Shown: in pieces, positions 12,904-25,700 of the stretch
Layout: every line of letters begins with the position of its first letter
Numbering within the stretch: position 1 is the stretch's first letter
Origin: Oopsacas minuta
Taxonomy: Eukaryota; Animalia; Porifera
Assembly: GCA_024704765.1 (NCBI GenBank)
Contig: JAKMXF010000006.1
Span: 1 to 64,000, forward strand
Length of the DNA stretch: 64,000 nucleotides
Direction of reading: 5' to 3'
Notes under the pieces: generated by a model
Databases searched by the model: none
The model's input: the letters and a program-made list of their open reading frames with translations, nothing else
What the model was told of the DNA's origin: nothing
Made by a program: the position numbers and the translations under genes

Positions 12904-14550
12904 GTCATGAACTTGTATATTGGCAATGGTTACAATTTTTTGAAATATTTTCAATTGCTTTTAACTCTAACATTAATCGCATAATCGTTCTAGCAAAAAT
13001 GATAAAAGTTTACAGCTTACCTAAGACCTTATCTCAGGTTACTAATACTAACTGGATTTCTATTTGTGATTAGATTTATATGTATTTTTATATTCAATTA
13101 ATAATCTCTTAATGTAACTTTTTGGAATTGTCCAGTCGACAGTTTGGTAGCGTAGCTCCTATTAATGTTCTATCGATGTTTCCCTCACAAATGACTAGCA
13201 ATTATTTTCCATCAAAACGGGGGTAATTGAGACCTTTTTATTAGTAATAAGTAGGAGTTACTTTTGATTTGATTTGGGAAGTAATTTCCACGAAACTGAG
13301 TGGCGAAGCTCTCTCAATTTTTGAAAAAGACCCCCAAGTGGTCGGAGCCTCTCATTGCTATGGCAACCACCGCAAAATTCGGCCCAAAATGACCGCTTCA
13401 TGATACAGTAATATTCCAAATTACTCTGCTATAACTGATTAATGCCGAAGTGTGACGTTCGTAATGAAACCTTTTAACCAATTCCTGAATCAAAAACGAG
13501 ACTTTTTGAAGTTATTGAATCACACATTTTCCAGTATTGGTTAATCATATGATAAATCTGTGAATTTGTAACTTTCAGACTCTGAAAATCTCAAAATCGG
13601 ACTCTACGCACCCAATTACCCCTGACAACATGTTGAAACCTAGTCTCTAGCTTGCTTTTGTATTTTACATAGAAAGGTGTGAAAATATGATTAATCGCCA
13701 AATAGGTCTGAAGATACCACTTTCGAAAATATTCATGTTCCTTATCGTATAGATTTATGTTGTCATTCTCCTTTTGTTATCAAGTATGTGAATGTAAACT
13801 ATTCCACATACCACAAAATATTTCTATTGTCAATCTATTAATTGTCTATTTCCCTCTATGCCATTCTAATTCTATTTCAATGAAACCTGATTTTGTTATG
13901 AACAAACTGCTATAGGATAATTATACATATTTATATATAGGCTTCTTGGATCTATAACTGTAATAATATACTATTTGTTTGTCAGATTATCTCTAATTAT
14001 TTATTGACAGATCTTTATCATTGTGATTGTTCATTGGTAAGTGTGTGTTAATTAGTTTATGTATGGTATTGTGGTATATGTACGGAAGAACTAGGGCATA
14101 ACAGGGGGCGCGGGCGGACCAGGTTTGTTCAAAGGATGGCTACCCCCTCTCCCCTTCTTACAATCTCTCTCATATATTACAATTTCGGGATTGAAGTTTC
14201 AAAATCCGGTATTAGTAGGAGTACAGAATTTATAGAAATATTTGAAGAAATGTTACTGAACTGATCATAGAATGTATCCAAATGTGAGTCGAAAACGAAG
14301 TTATTGGTTGTTTAAGAATTTGAATCGTATTTACTTTGTCTCGGAATTTTAGTAATATTTCTAATTTAAGCAAAAACCTGTGACAGTTTAAGCAATTTGG
14401 TGCCAAACAGAGATTGAGAATCGGGATGAGGATTAATATACAAATTTCTAGAATTTCATCCTGGAGGTTATATTAGCCGGTTTCTGGATTGTAAAACCTA
14501 AGTAGAACCTCGTTAGTACGAATACAGTTTAGGAGTAGGTTCAATTAGTT

Positions 14551-14703
14551 CAGAGGTTCCTAATCTGGCGTCCATAGGAGAAAGTTAGAGGTCACAGGAA
14601 TGACAGGATATAAATATTTGTATTGAAGTCTATGAGATGGGAACCACATTACGTGTGGCAATTGCCTGAGGGCTCCACGGATAAATACGTTTGGGAACCA
14701 CTG
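14551..14703. mobile_element. hAT (Charlie-like) MITE, 153 bp
   Basis: Ends cagaggttcctaatct / gtttgggaaccactg; same length as and internally similar to 53135-53287; TSD not preserved. Confidence 0.6.
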
Positions 14704-15790
14704 GGTTATTTATCCTGTTGTACATTACTTCGAATATTTGGGTATAGGACTAAAGGTGTGTATATCAATTAGCCTGAGCCCATCATATACATTCGAAGAG
14801 CTACCATCTCATTTGGATAATAACAAGAAATTTCTTCATGGTAGGGATCCTGTAATTCCAGTGTAACCACATCAGAAATGGGACCAGTCAGCTTTATATG
14901 ACCCGCGCGACCGATCGTCCGATCAATCTGAAGCAACTGTAAATCTATAATCTATACTATGAAAACGCAATTAATCTCTATGTACGTGTGTGTATATGTA
15001 TATATGTTGTTGTTCGGAATTGATTGAAGAAGCTGGAAGACTCTTACGGCTGAATTTGGGCATACAGGGGTATTTTGGGCCTGGCTCAGACATATTTGAG
15101 TCTTGGACGAAAATTCACACCTATGACAAAATTATGACGTCATTGTCATCTTTGTTTAGAAATCGAAAAATCACATTATTAACCACTGCTCAGCCAATAT
15201 ACATAATATTAGTTTGAAATTTGAATCACAAGTCAACCTGTAGTCAGACCCGGCCAGCCGGCCAACACTGACCGGTTCCATCTCTGGACCTTATATAATT
15301 AGACTGGCAGCATATGAATGAAGAATTTCCACACAGGATTTTCAAATGCAAATTGCCAAATGCTAAATATTTCCATTACAATCCAGATATGGATGGAAAT
15401 GGAGTTCTCCAATTACTAATGCAACATCGATTTTCCTCAGTAAGGCAGATGCTGAACACATCAATGTTTACATCCGTATACGTACACTATAGGAATATAA
15501 GCGATTGAATAAACAGCGAGTTATTTTCATTGGCATCCTCAAAATTAACTGATTTAACTCGGGTTCATAACTTGGGTCCTGGAACGATCTATTCAGAGTG
15601 ACTCCGGTACTAACCCAGGCATTTGTGTCTTGAGCTCGAAATTTGTATCATATATTTCTATTTCCATATTGGTACGCACATATTCATTCTCGATTGTCTA
15701 AGACTCAAGGTTATATTTATAGCAAGTACTATTGGTATATTTACATTTTACAATAATTTAGCATGTACTTGTGCCCATCACATACTCAGA

Positions 15791-18700
15791 ATGGCAGATA
15801 AAGGATCTCCCAAACATATACCACTCTTGAGCATACATGATGACGCTTCTCCAAGTCCTGTCTCAACTGTAGGCAAAGCATCGAAATCAGTCCTCTTGTC
15901 CAGATTCTGTCGTTACCATGGAAAAAGTCACAGTGTATTCGATATAAAGAAAGTGAATTCAAACAAAGATGTCTTTACGGAGGATTTATTGTTAGCTTCT
16001 GAAGACCGTAGATCCTCTGAGCCAGATTTAGCTGAATTATCTCTTATACATCTCAAAACAGGAAATACTTTTAAGATAAATAGAAACATGTTGAAATTCA
16101 TAACAATACCTCAACTACCAAACATTTTGTATCAAATCATTGATTCAGGTAGTATTCAAGCGTTAGAATATTTCTTTCGAAACGGGCCAGACTTGAAAAC
16201 ACTGTCCACTACGCACAATTTATTTCCATTGCATTATTCCGCCGAGAGATCGCATTCTGAGATTTTAATTTGGATGCTCGAGAATAAAAGTTTGAAGAAT
16301 TTATCCGAGAAGACAGATTCTAAAGGAAATACATTATTACATGCAGCGTGTATGTCAAATAATTCTGAATGTTTTAAGTGTTGCTTTGAAAAACTCAAAG
16401 AAGTTTCCGTTGATCTTTCCAAAATTATTGACATTCAAAATAATACATTCCAGACACCCTTATACGTTGCTACGCAGAATCAGTTTCAAATGGCAATAGA
16501 GATTCTATTAGAGTCAGGTGCAGACCCAATGATACCAGGACCAGGTGGATTAACGTCTATACATTTAGCTGCACATAATGGTCTTATTCTATTGCTGCAC
16601 ATGTTATTGAGACAAGCAGATTCTAATAGGGATGAATTGAAGAAACTATTTGGTAAAAAAGTCAGTTTAGAGAATGGAGAAGAGTTTAACATTATGCAGA
16701 TGGCAGCACTTGATACTGTATCATTGCTAGTACAATTTGGTGCTGACCCGAATACATCACGGAAAGAATCACAGATTTCTCCTTTAATCCAGGCTGCACG
16801 TGAAGACAACCTTGAGCTTCTACGTGTTCTGCTTCAGTCAGGAGCTAATCCAAACCTACCTGATAGCAATGGTAATACTCCGTTAATGGGTGCTATTACT
16901 ATTGGCAGTGTAGACGGAGTAGCAATGTTATTGGATGCTGGAGCTTCACCTAATCTTCCTAACAAAGCTGGGTTCAATGCTGTTAACCAATGTGCTCAAT
17001 ATGGTCATGTGGATGTGTTAGATTTATTGGTTAGAGCAGGTGGTCTACTCGTGAGTGAGGATATGTTCACTTCTGCACTGCACTCAGCTGCTTTCTGGGA
17101 CGAGGCTGAGATTCTACGTATCATGCTAACCAAGTACAAAGCACCAGTTAATACACTCAGTAAGATAAGCACTCTCCCAGTACATCCCGCTATTCGTAAA
17201 GGACATTCTGCTTGTCTACGAGTATTGATAGATGAGGGTGCTAATATATATTTTAAGAGTCCTCTAACCGGTGATACCTTGCTGCATCTAGCTGTGAGAG
17301 AGAATCAACGAGAAGCAGTACGTCTGTTGGTTAAGGCTCGTATTAATCAGGATGAAATTGATAATGATAATTTAACTCCACTAATGTTAGCTGTACAACT
17401 CAATCGTCATGATTTGATTCCTATTCTATTCGCTGCAGGTGCTAGCTTAGATAAAACTAACTTACAAGGTAACACGTCACTACATATCGCGGCTATTCAC
17501 AGTTCCCTACGATCTGCAAAGTGTATTCTCGATCTGATTCAAACACTACGAGATACGAATACCGATAAATGTTTGTTTGAAGTTAAAAATCTCAAAGGTG
17601 AAACTCCATTCGATATAAGTTTAAACAAACCTAAAGAGACAGTATCACGGTTATTCATAGAATATGGGTCGAGTGAGTATTTCCTAAGATCTCCCAAATC
17701 CCAAGAAGACGACACCAAACGTTCACTAGCCGCAAATTTGCCATTCAACATTTTCCATCGTGTAATGAACAATAATAGATTTAAAACTATGCGAGTTTTG
17801 CAGGAAAAAATGGTTTCATATAGTGACTCGCAAAATGTAACACTGACGTCATCATTTTTGGACATAGATGAATCCGGGTTTTTACCAGATAATGAAAATT
17901 ATAATTTTCGTTCTAAAACTGTGCTTCACAAGCTATTGGATTGCGCTGAGACTGAAGTCAAATATCATCCACTAGTCAACATTGTAGTCAACAAGAAAAT
18001 ATCAATTTATCGGAATTGGTATTTGTTTTCTTTTCTACTATACTTTGTCTATCTTATTTTCTTATCATTCGCGCTTTTTCAAGCTGCAACTCTCTGTGAC
18101 CCTCTCTACTACACTGGAACATTAGATTATTTGCGGCTTTTTTCGGAAATTGTAGTCATATTCTTTGTGATTTCGTTCTTTCTCTCTGAATTAGTGGAAA
18201 TCTGGGTTGATTGGTATAATATTATTCAAGAAAAACGTTTGGAGAGTGATATTGCTGTCAAAACTATCGAATATTCAGGTCAATTCTCATCAGCATTTAC
18301 ATTGCATAAAATACGTGAATTGTTCCAGAAAATTGACCGACGTACATTTTACTTTCCATCAGCTTTTTACTCGTATTTTTCTGATTTCTACAATTTTCTG
18401 GATATTTTTTCTATAATGTTCGTGATATTCGTTTTCATTCTACGTTTATCTGATTCACGAGCTCAATGGGTATTCGCTTCAATAATGTACATCATAAATG
18501 TATTCCGTTTATTCAAATACATTCGCATAATCCCAGCTCTCGGCGCATACTCTGTCATAATTTTCAGGATATTCTTGATTGACATGCCAAAGTTCTTAGC
18601 TGTATTCTTCATTATCTGCCTTGGTTTCTATGGAGGTTCTCTGCTTGCCTTACGCTTTTCACCATATGCACCTATCACAAACAACTGCACATTATCAAAC

Positions 18701-19525
18701 CCAACAACCTCATCTGTAAATTCCACCTGTACAAATATAGATCTTAGATACTTCAATCATACAAACGTATTCCGTGATCTTTTAATTACAGGAGTTTTGT
18801 TGTTAGTAGATGGCGGAGCTAGTGGTCACGAAGCTGATATTAAACTGGATTATAGATGGTATTTTGAAACTGTCTATATTATTTCAGCATTCATTATATC
18901 CGTCGTGCTGAGTAATATTCTAATCGCTCAGCTGACAGACACATATTCACAGATTTCTGTTCAGAATGAATTGCATTATAAACTGGAATTAGCCGTAACC
19001 TTAGAACATTCTTCTAATCTGTTCTTTTTCTGTGGCACAAAGCCTAGGAAATATTGCTCTTTTGAGAAAATTATATTACCCACGCAACAGTGGGAAGATT
19101 TGACAATGCAAAGTTACTCTAAAACAACTGAAGAGTTATTGTATGACGTCACAGAGAATTTATTAGAGTTTCGGCAGGAAGTTGATCAAGATTTGGATAT
19201 TAATCTAAAGTCAAGTTCTGACCTTCATAACAAAGTTGAGAATCTCGAAGAAATGTCTAGTCTTTGCCTCAAAAATATCTCAGAAATTATCACAAATCAA
19301 GAATCTATGCTCGCTAATAACAGTGGGAATGTGAGCACTGTCCCTTCGAAAATTGACGAGGATCTTTCCAGTTTCTTAACTCAATCTCGTTCAATCATGG
19401 ATCAGCAAATGAAATATTTGCAGGATTTGGAAACTCGAATGGAAGAGCGAATTCAGCGTTTAGGCAATCAATTAGATGAACGTTTAAAATCCGTGGATGA
19501 GCGGTTACAAGCACTACAAAAATAA
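15791..19525 (+). CDS. Ankyrin-repeat TRP cation channel (TRPA-like architecture), intronless
   Basis: About 14-16 ankyrin repeats, HPLVNIVVNKK pre-S1, six hydrophobic segments, S6 exit NILIAQLTDTY, C-terminal coiled coil. First ATG 15791. Confidence 0.9.
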   Translation: MADKGSPKHIPLLSIHDDASPSPVSTVGKASKSVLLSRFCRYHGKSHSVFDIKKVNSNKDVFTEDLLLASEDRRSSEPDLAELSLIHLKTGNTFKINRNMLKFITIPQLPNILYQIIDSGSIQALEYFFRNGPDLKTLSTTHNLFPLHYSAERSHSEILIWMLENKSLKNLSEKTDSKGNTLLHAACMSNNSECFKCCFEKLKEVSVDLSKIIDIQNNTFQTPLYVATQNQFQMAIEILLESGADPMIPGPGGLTSIHLAAHNGLILLLHMLLRQADSNRDELKKLFGKKVSLENGEEFNIMQMAALDTVSLLVQFGADPNTSRKESQISPLIQAAREDNLELLRVLLQSGANPNLPDSNGNTPLMGAITIGSVDGVAMLLDAGASPNLPNKAGFNAVNQCAQYGHVDVLDLLVRAGGLLVSEDMFTSALHSAAFWDEAEILRIMLTKYKAPVNTLSKISTLPVHPAIRKGHSACLRVLIDEGANIYFKSPLTGDTLLHLAVRENQREAVRLLVKARINQDEIDNDNLTPLMLAVQLNRHDLIPILFAAGASLDKTNLQGNTSLHIAAIHSSLRSAKCILDLIQTLRDTNTDKCLFEVKNLKGETPFDISLNKPKETVSRLFIEYGSSEYFLRSPKSQEDDTKRSLAANLPFNIFHRVMNNNRFKTMRVLQEKMVSYSDSQNVTLTSSFLDIDESGFLPDNENYNFRSKTVLHKLLDCAETEVKYHPLVNIVVNKKISIYRNWYLFSFLLYFVYLIFLSFALFQAATLCDPLYYTGTLDYLRLFSEIVVIFFVISFFLSELVEIWVDWYNIIQEKRLESDIAVKTIEYSGQFSSAFTLHKIRELFQKIDRRTFYFPSAFYSYFSDFYNFLDIFSIMFVIFVFILRLSDSRAQWVFASIMYIINVFRLFKYIRIIPALGAYSVIIFRIFLIDMPKFLAVFFIICLGFYGGSLLALRFSPYAPITNNCTLSNPTTSSVNSTCTNIDLRYFNHTNVFRDLLITGVLLLVDGGASGHEADIKLDYRWYFETVYIISAFIISVVLSNILIAQLTDTYSQISVQNELHYKLELAVTLEHSSNLFFFCGTKPRKYCSFEKIILPTQQWEDLTMQSYSKTTEELLYDVTENLLEFRQEVDQDLDINLKSSSDLHNKVENLEEMSSLCLKNISEIITNQESMLANNSGNVSTVPSKIDEDLSSFLTQSRSIMDQQMKYLQDLETRMEERIQRLGNQLDERLKSVDERLQALQK

Positions 19526-20344
19526 CAGTACTAACATACTGAACTATTTTTATATTTCTTTTACCCTCTTGATATTATTTATTCTGTAGTTAAGTACACT
19601 TTTTTAGTAGTTAACATATTTGCATCCTCCTATTTATTATACTAATATTATTACATTGTAACTTGATTGTTGTTCGTTGCCTAACATTTCGGTACGCAGA
19701 TGATTGGGTACAAAATAATTACAGTCGTTACTAAAGTGCCTGTATCCTTGTCAGAAAATTTAATAGAATATAGAATAGCATTCTTCTAAAATTCTAATTT
19801 ATGACTTTCTCATTGATTTAATCAACTTAATACGATTTGCACGAGGATATATGGAAATACCCGCTTTTATACAAATAAATCTGAAATTGTACAAATTTGT
19901 TCCCAAACCGTCTAAGTATCATTTATAACCTTTCTTAAATCGTAGGAATTATCGCGGTCCCTTGAGTTTCTGTATAACTGAAGTTATTGTAATCATGCTG
20001 AACGTCTGTGGACTAGAGTTGTAGTAGTAACGAAAGCTAGATAGTAAACTATGTGTAGTTCAAGCACAGATATAATTATTTACATTGAATAGTACTAACA
20101 GGGTGTCCCGAAATTCTGTCCTTGTATTTATCTACTCATACAGTACGTTATTACAGGTTATATTTGTGTATTTATTGTAGGCGCTGTAAGCAATTTATCA
20201 AGGCGCAAATAATAGACACCCTGTTCTTGGTTGCATAATGCAAATTTGTGACAGATTTCAGCTGTTCTACCCCTTTATTTTTCCTGTTAATCAATAAAAT
20301 TTTATCTATGATAACATCATAAAATATTTATAGTAATAGAGTGC

Positions 20345-20528
20345 TAGTGGAGTTTCCCCAAACGGACACTCCGAAAAGCGGACAACACCTCTAAAACGGA
20401 CAAGTTCGTGCAACGAAATAAGTTAATAATACATGTAAATAATATTTAATCAATCTCTGAGAAGCGGACATCTCCCTACAAAGGACAGATCTAATCCCCA
20501 GTGTGTCTGTTATTGGCAGACTCCACTG
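20345..20528. mobile_element. Tc1/mariner (Tigger-like) MITE
   Basis: Ends tagtggagtttccccaaacggacac / gtgtctgttattggcagactccactg followed by TA; internal cggaca repeats; related fragment near 57361-57395. Confidence 0.6.
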
Positions 20529-20650
20529 TATGCAATTTTTCCTCTCACATGTTCAATTACAATTTAAACATTAATATTTACCTAATAGACAATTTCTATT
20601 TCAATTCTTGGTTTGATTCAAACAATATTTTAGCACCGACATAATCCCAC

Positions 20651-20983
20651 ATGGATCACAATATCAGAAACCGTTACCAACCTCCTCCAACCAAAATATC
20701 CACAACGCGGCCAAGACTTAACTTCAAACCTAAATCAGATCCCAATCAAATAGAGCGTATTCCTTATAAAGCAGTTATCTTAACAATTTTCCTGTTTTTA
20801 CTCGGCATATTACTTCTATTGCTTTCTCTGAGAATTTATAGAGGCCATCACACAAGAGAATTTGATGACAAATTTATTCCTGCTTTTGTATTAGGCGTAA
20901 TATGCTTTATCCCTGGTTCATATTACATGTGTATCCTGCTGCACATTTTCTTGGATACAAAGAATTCTCTTATTCAGATATAA
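20651..20983 (+). CDS. TMEM230: TMEM230/TMEM134-family two-TM protein
   Basis: IPYKAVILTIFLFLLG..LGVICFIPGSYY matches the TMEM230 pattern IPYKAI.L...LF..G...G...F.PG.YH. Confidence 0.75.
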   Translation: MDHNIRNRYQPPPTKISTTRPRLNFKPKSDPNQIERIPYKAVILTIFLFLLGILLLLLSLRIYRGHHTREFDDKFIPAFVLGVICFIPGSYYMCILLHIFLDTKNSLIQI

Positions 20984-22780
20984 ACACTTCTATTGATTGA
21001 TTTATAATTACAAATATTTATTGTCTATTTTTGGCTAATAAATATTCATATTTACTAACGAAATAATTTGCTTAATTTTGAATTCGCCAGTTTCAATACT
21101 AAAGTTGTCTGCTGGTTCGCTTTCTGATTTTTCGGTTCCATTCATTTCAGTTTCAGTATAAACTATATTGTTTTCTACTTGTATATTTCTTTAATATTCT
21201 GAATAAAAGAAAGTGAGTTTTGTCATTCTATTTTCCTTCAACAATGTTACACGAATATTTTAGTTATTTATTCTACTGATGCTTTGTTGTACCGTGTAGC
21301 TTGCTGAGTTAATTAATGTGTTGCTTTGCTTTGTTACATGAAACAAAATGCATCATGTATGGTTGGCTTTATATGATCAATGTTATCTCATCAAGATGCT
21401 AGTGATCTAATTCTACCTCCAGAAATGTTGTGCTTAAAATACACAATTTCCATTCCCTACACACAGAATTATACGTAAGCTTATCAGTTTACATGTGACT
21501 TCCTAAATCTGACTCAATTGTATATACCATATGCATTGTTTTTTCAGGATTTCCTTAGAGAGGGTCTGTCAACAATTAGAGTTCCCTCACCTCAAAATGT
21601 AATGATTTTGCTTAGCATGTTACAAATTAGGCCCCTGCTGAAAAATGATAGGTCCCAAAGGGCCTTTATTATGGCTTATAAAACACTGACCATGTGCACG
21701 CATTGTCACGATTGTTAGGAGTTAGTATTCTATCTAACAATCCAAGGATTGTAAAAGATTTCATTCAAACCAAATTAGCAAAGGCTATTCAATCAAAATT
21801 CTTCAACTGGATTAAAATGTAATTGTAATAATATTGTACTGAAGGGACATCCCAAGTAACCAACCAAATACGACTTGTTTGACCAGCATTTAGGCCTTTA
21901 TCTTTGTGTGTGACTTTCGGGAAATATTTATCAGGGTGCGCGAAATCTGACCTTCATCAGGTGGTATCCCTAGAGCCTAACTACCATTGAGGCAGGGGAG
22001 GCAGTTGCCTCCTCGCTCTTGGATCTCTAGTTACGCCCCAGTATCCCCATGTTCTTAATACACTAGGGTGCATGGGTTACCTAACTCTAGATGAAGCCCT
22101 GCCAGCATTGCACATCGGTAGCACTAACCCTTGTAATATATTACCTCCATTGTATAATATTAGAATATTAAATTGTACTCGACTATTACCGCAACAATGT
22201 AATAATTATACAAAAGGTAGTAATGACTAGTATAAGTACTCTTTCAGAAGAAAGTTTATTTCGTGAAAACAAATGTCTAATAATTACAGACTAGAATTTA
22301 TCGTAAGTTCCACCCAGTGGCAGACACTAGGGTCCCTAGGGGTTGCTTGTGCAGCCCAATACTTTGGTGTAAATGTGATTTCATAAGTGAGTGAACAAAA
22401 ATATAATTCCAGTTTGATAATGGTGCACAAAGTACACATATGATTTATGATCAAGTTGAAAAGACAGCTGTACGAAGTTATCTTTAAATACAATAAGTGT
22501 TCACATAGGAAATCAACTAAATTTTATTCGTTTTGAGCACCCCCAATGGTTCCCAAAGTGTCCGCCACTGGTTCCAACCCAGTTAACTCAATCTCTTTGC
22601 TCTATTACTCTTGATAGTACAGACAACGAATATATACATAATAACATGAGTATATGATCAAACAGAGGATACATATATGAGTACACTTACAAAATAGTAC
22701 AAAATTAGAATTAGAAAAGTATACACAAACAAAGATCATAATCCATAGTCATTGTTACTTTAAAACACAGCTGATTGGCT

Positions 22781-25700
22781 CTACAAAGTGGATTGATCCG
22801 TAGCTTTTACATCAGTTTCCTTAGTAAGTTTCATTCTTACAGTTTCATCGTTTCTCCTCCTCAATCTCCTATCTTTTTTCCTATCATCTTCCCAGAAGCA
22901 ACAAAATACCAAGAAAATCCCCAAAGCTATCAAACCAACAATTATCAGCACCACTACGACAAAGATGGGAGTTACGATGCAGAGTACGCAAACAACTGGT
23001 TCAACCACTAAAATTAAAATTACATTTGATTAATATACCCGATGAAATACATAGAATTCGAAAATATTTGTATATACATATTATACTCTTTCTAAAGTAT
23101 TAAATTCCTTTATCCCGAGGTCTGTGATCCGTGTATTATTGATATAAAGTAGTTATTTTTACTATATTTGTGATTAAATTATCCATTTTCTCATTGTAGA
23201 CTTATGGATTTGTATAAATGATAAATACATAGCAAATTTTGCCTTGTACTAGATTCACAATACAAGTCCCATTAATCTTCAAATATTCCAGGATTTTCGC
23301 TCCTTACCGGCTTATCCTATTGGAAATTCCATCTCCCCCTAGGACTAACTGTTAATTCACACAATACAATCGCCCAAAACATTTTATTAACAATTTACCT
23401 AAAGGAAATGTAACAGCTGATTCTGTTTGTGACCTTGGCCCCTCTCCTATAATATTCACCACAGTAACATACACTTTGTACTCTTGATCCACTGTTAAAT
23501 TTGACAAAATATATGAGTAAGACCCAAGAGTAGTCACAGGATAGAACACAAATTCATATTCACACTCTGAAGTATAATATAGGTTGAATCCAGTCAGATT
23601 TGAGTTGAGAGAGGTAATGTCTATCTCCCAAGTTACTGTAACACTGCTCGGATCATCTGCGGTAACTGCTACATTAAGTGGTGCTCCAGTGGGACCTAAT
23701 TGGAAAATTGATTAGAGACAACTCCCGTAATATCGAACATGGATATATCAAAATACCCGCTTATATCGAAGTCTGAAATTGTGCGAATAAGGTCCCAATT
23801 CGCCAATTGACCATCTAATGACAATTCGCCTGATAGTAACTATAATTCTATTCCAATGAGTAACTGTTCGCATTTTGTTTGTAAAACATTTTCATCAACA
23901 ATATTTTCAAGCTGGGGTCTTTGTGTTAAATTTTTAAGGCACGGTACGTTACTACAGTAGATCTGGAAATTTATATTTTGAATATATTACGTGTGCATTT
24001 TTTCATGTCTTGCATGACTACAGGACAGGGCACCCAACAATGGGTCGACGAATATTCGTTATATTTTCATTGCTACACAAACCACGAAAATATTTTGACT
24101 ATCTGCCTTATATGATTACTGGTAATTGTCTGTTTTTGTTTTAAAATTCAATATATTTAATTCAAACGCTAAGACTGTTATCATTAAATATTATAGCACG
24201 AAGTCCGATTATAATACCAATTAATTGATATATTTCAACCAAATATGAAATCGCTTATAGAATAGAATGAATTATTAACATTCTTTCGAATTAATTATTC
24301 CAAATATTAGGTCAACAAGTCTAATGAAGTGGGAGAGAGGTTATCTCCAATAAAAGACTTAATGCATATTTAATGAGAACTTACTTGCTTCTGTTGTTGA
24401 GTATTCAATTACAAGAGCTATTCCAGTTCCTTCAGAATTAATCGCGCTGATTTCGATTTCATAATTATTAAATTCCTTCAACCCGGTGATTTGTAAGAAC
24501 TCAAAGTGTGTTGCTGGATAGGTCTGATCTGCTACCCATAAGTATTTAGTTCTAGTTAAAGTATCCAATACTAGGCCTGTGTAACTAAATTTATAGCCAG
24601 TTATCAAACTGTTCTGCATAGCTCCTTCAGGAGGGAGTATGTATACATCCAAAGAGTTAGAGCCTGAAATTACTTTATACAGAATTGGTGCTCCAGTGGG
24701 TGCTGTAGATAAAATGGGTTCAATAAAGTTGTACACAATTTTGACATATAATTTACGTATTTGTTCAATATGTACCGAAACAAGCTTGTATATACTACAA
24801 ACAAGGAATTATCCAGGAGCGTGAAAATTGAGGATCTTTACCCATATCGTAACACTAATTGACTGATTTAGGCATATGAAATTATTTTGGGAATTTTTTG
24901 ATTTCAACGCCTACCACGGTATATGTCAACATGTTCCGTAATATAGACGCGGTTATAACATACCACCTAGTGCATACTTGCCAACTGTCTCGTTTTTGGC
25001 GTGACGTCCCGATTTTTTGGACATATGTTAATGTCCCCCCAAAACGTGACAAAAAACTTGAATTGTCCCGCTTTATCGTAGTCTAGTCTAATACAAATAT
25101 GCCGTCCCGCGATGTCCCGCTAAATTAGTGTCTACCTTCAGAAATTTGGTACTAAGATACACAATTTCCATTCCCTACACACAATACCTGAAGGTTGAGT
25201 AGTCATTGTGAGTATCAATGGGTAACCTAGTCCAGCATTATTCTCAGCTCTAATCTCAATTGTGTATGTATCGTATTCTTCTAGCCCTCTGATTTCATAA
25301 GATTCGTTTGCTGTAGCAGGATATGTTGTATCAGTCACTGTAATAGACTCTGTGTAAGTAGTTGTATCGAATCGTTGTCCCGTGTATTTAACCTCATAGC
25401 TTGTAATCAATCCGTTCTGTAGGGTATCATTGGGCGGATTTACTACCACCGTGATGGTAGTTGATTCTGAACTTATCATGGCTAATTCTGGTGCGTAAGG
25501 TACTAAAAGATATATGATTGATTATAAATTAACCAATGCCAGTATTGTTGTCAGCTATCTATTGAATTGTATTATAATTACATCCTGTGCTGACAGGATA
25601 GTAATCTAATGGAATTATATAGTGACTCTATTAATTTGAGGCACTAAGAGTAATTTTATTAATTTGCTATGCTGTCTACACAGATTCTAATTTTGCATTA

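Noticed and set aside
13219-13623. ggggtaattg / caattacccc inverted ends as a transposon
   Set aside because: Only a 10-bp match with no TSD found; probably a TE fragment but not classifiable.
15623-15790. 56-codon N-terminal extension of the TRP ORF (and 2704-2862 for DCPS)
   Set aside because: Begins at a non-ATG codon and has no domain signal; the first ATG gives a normal start.
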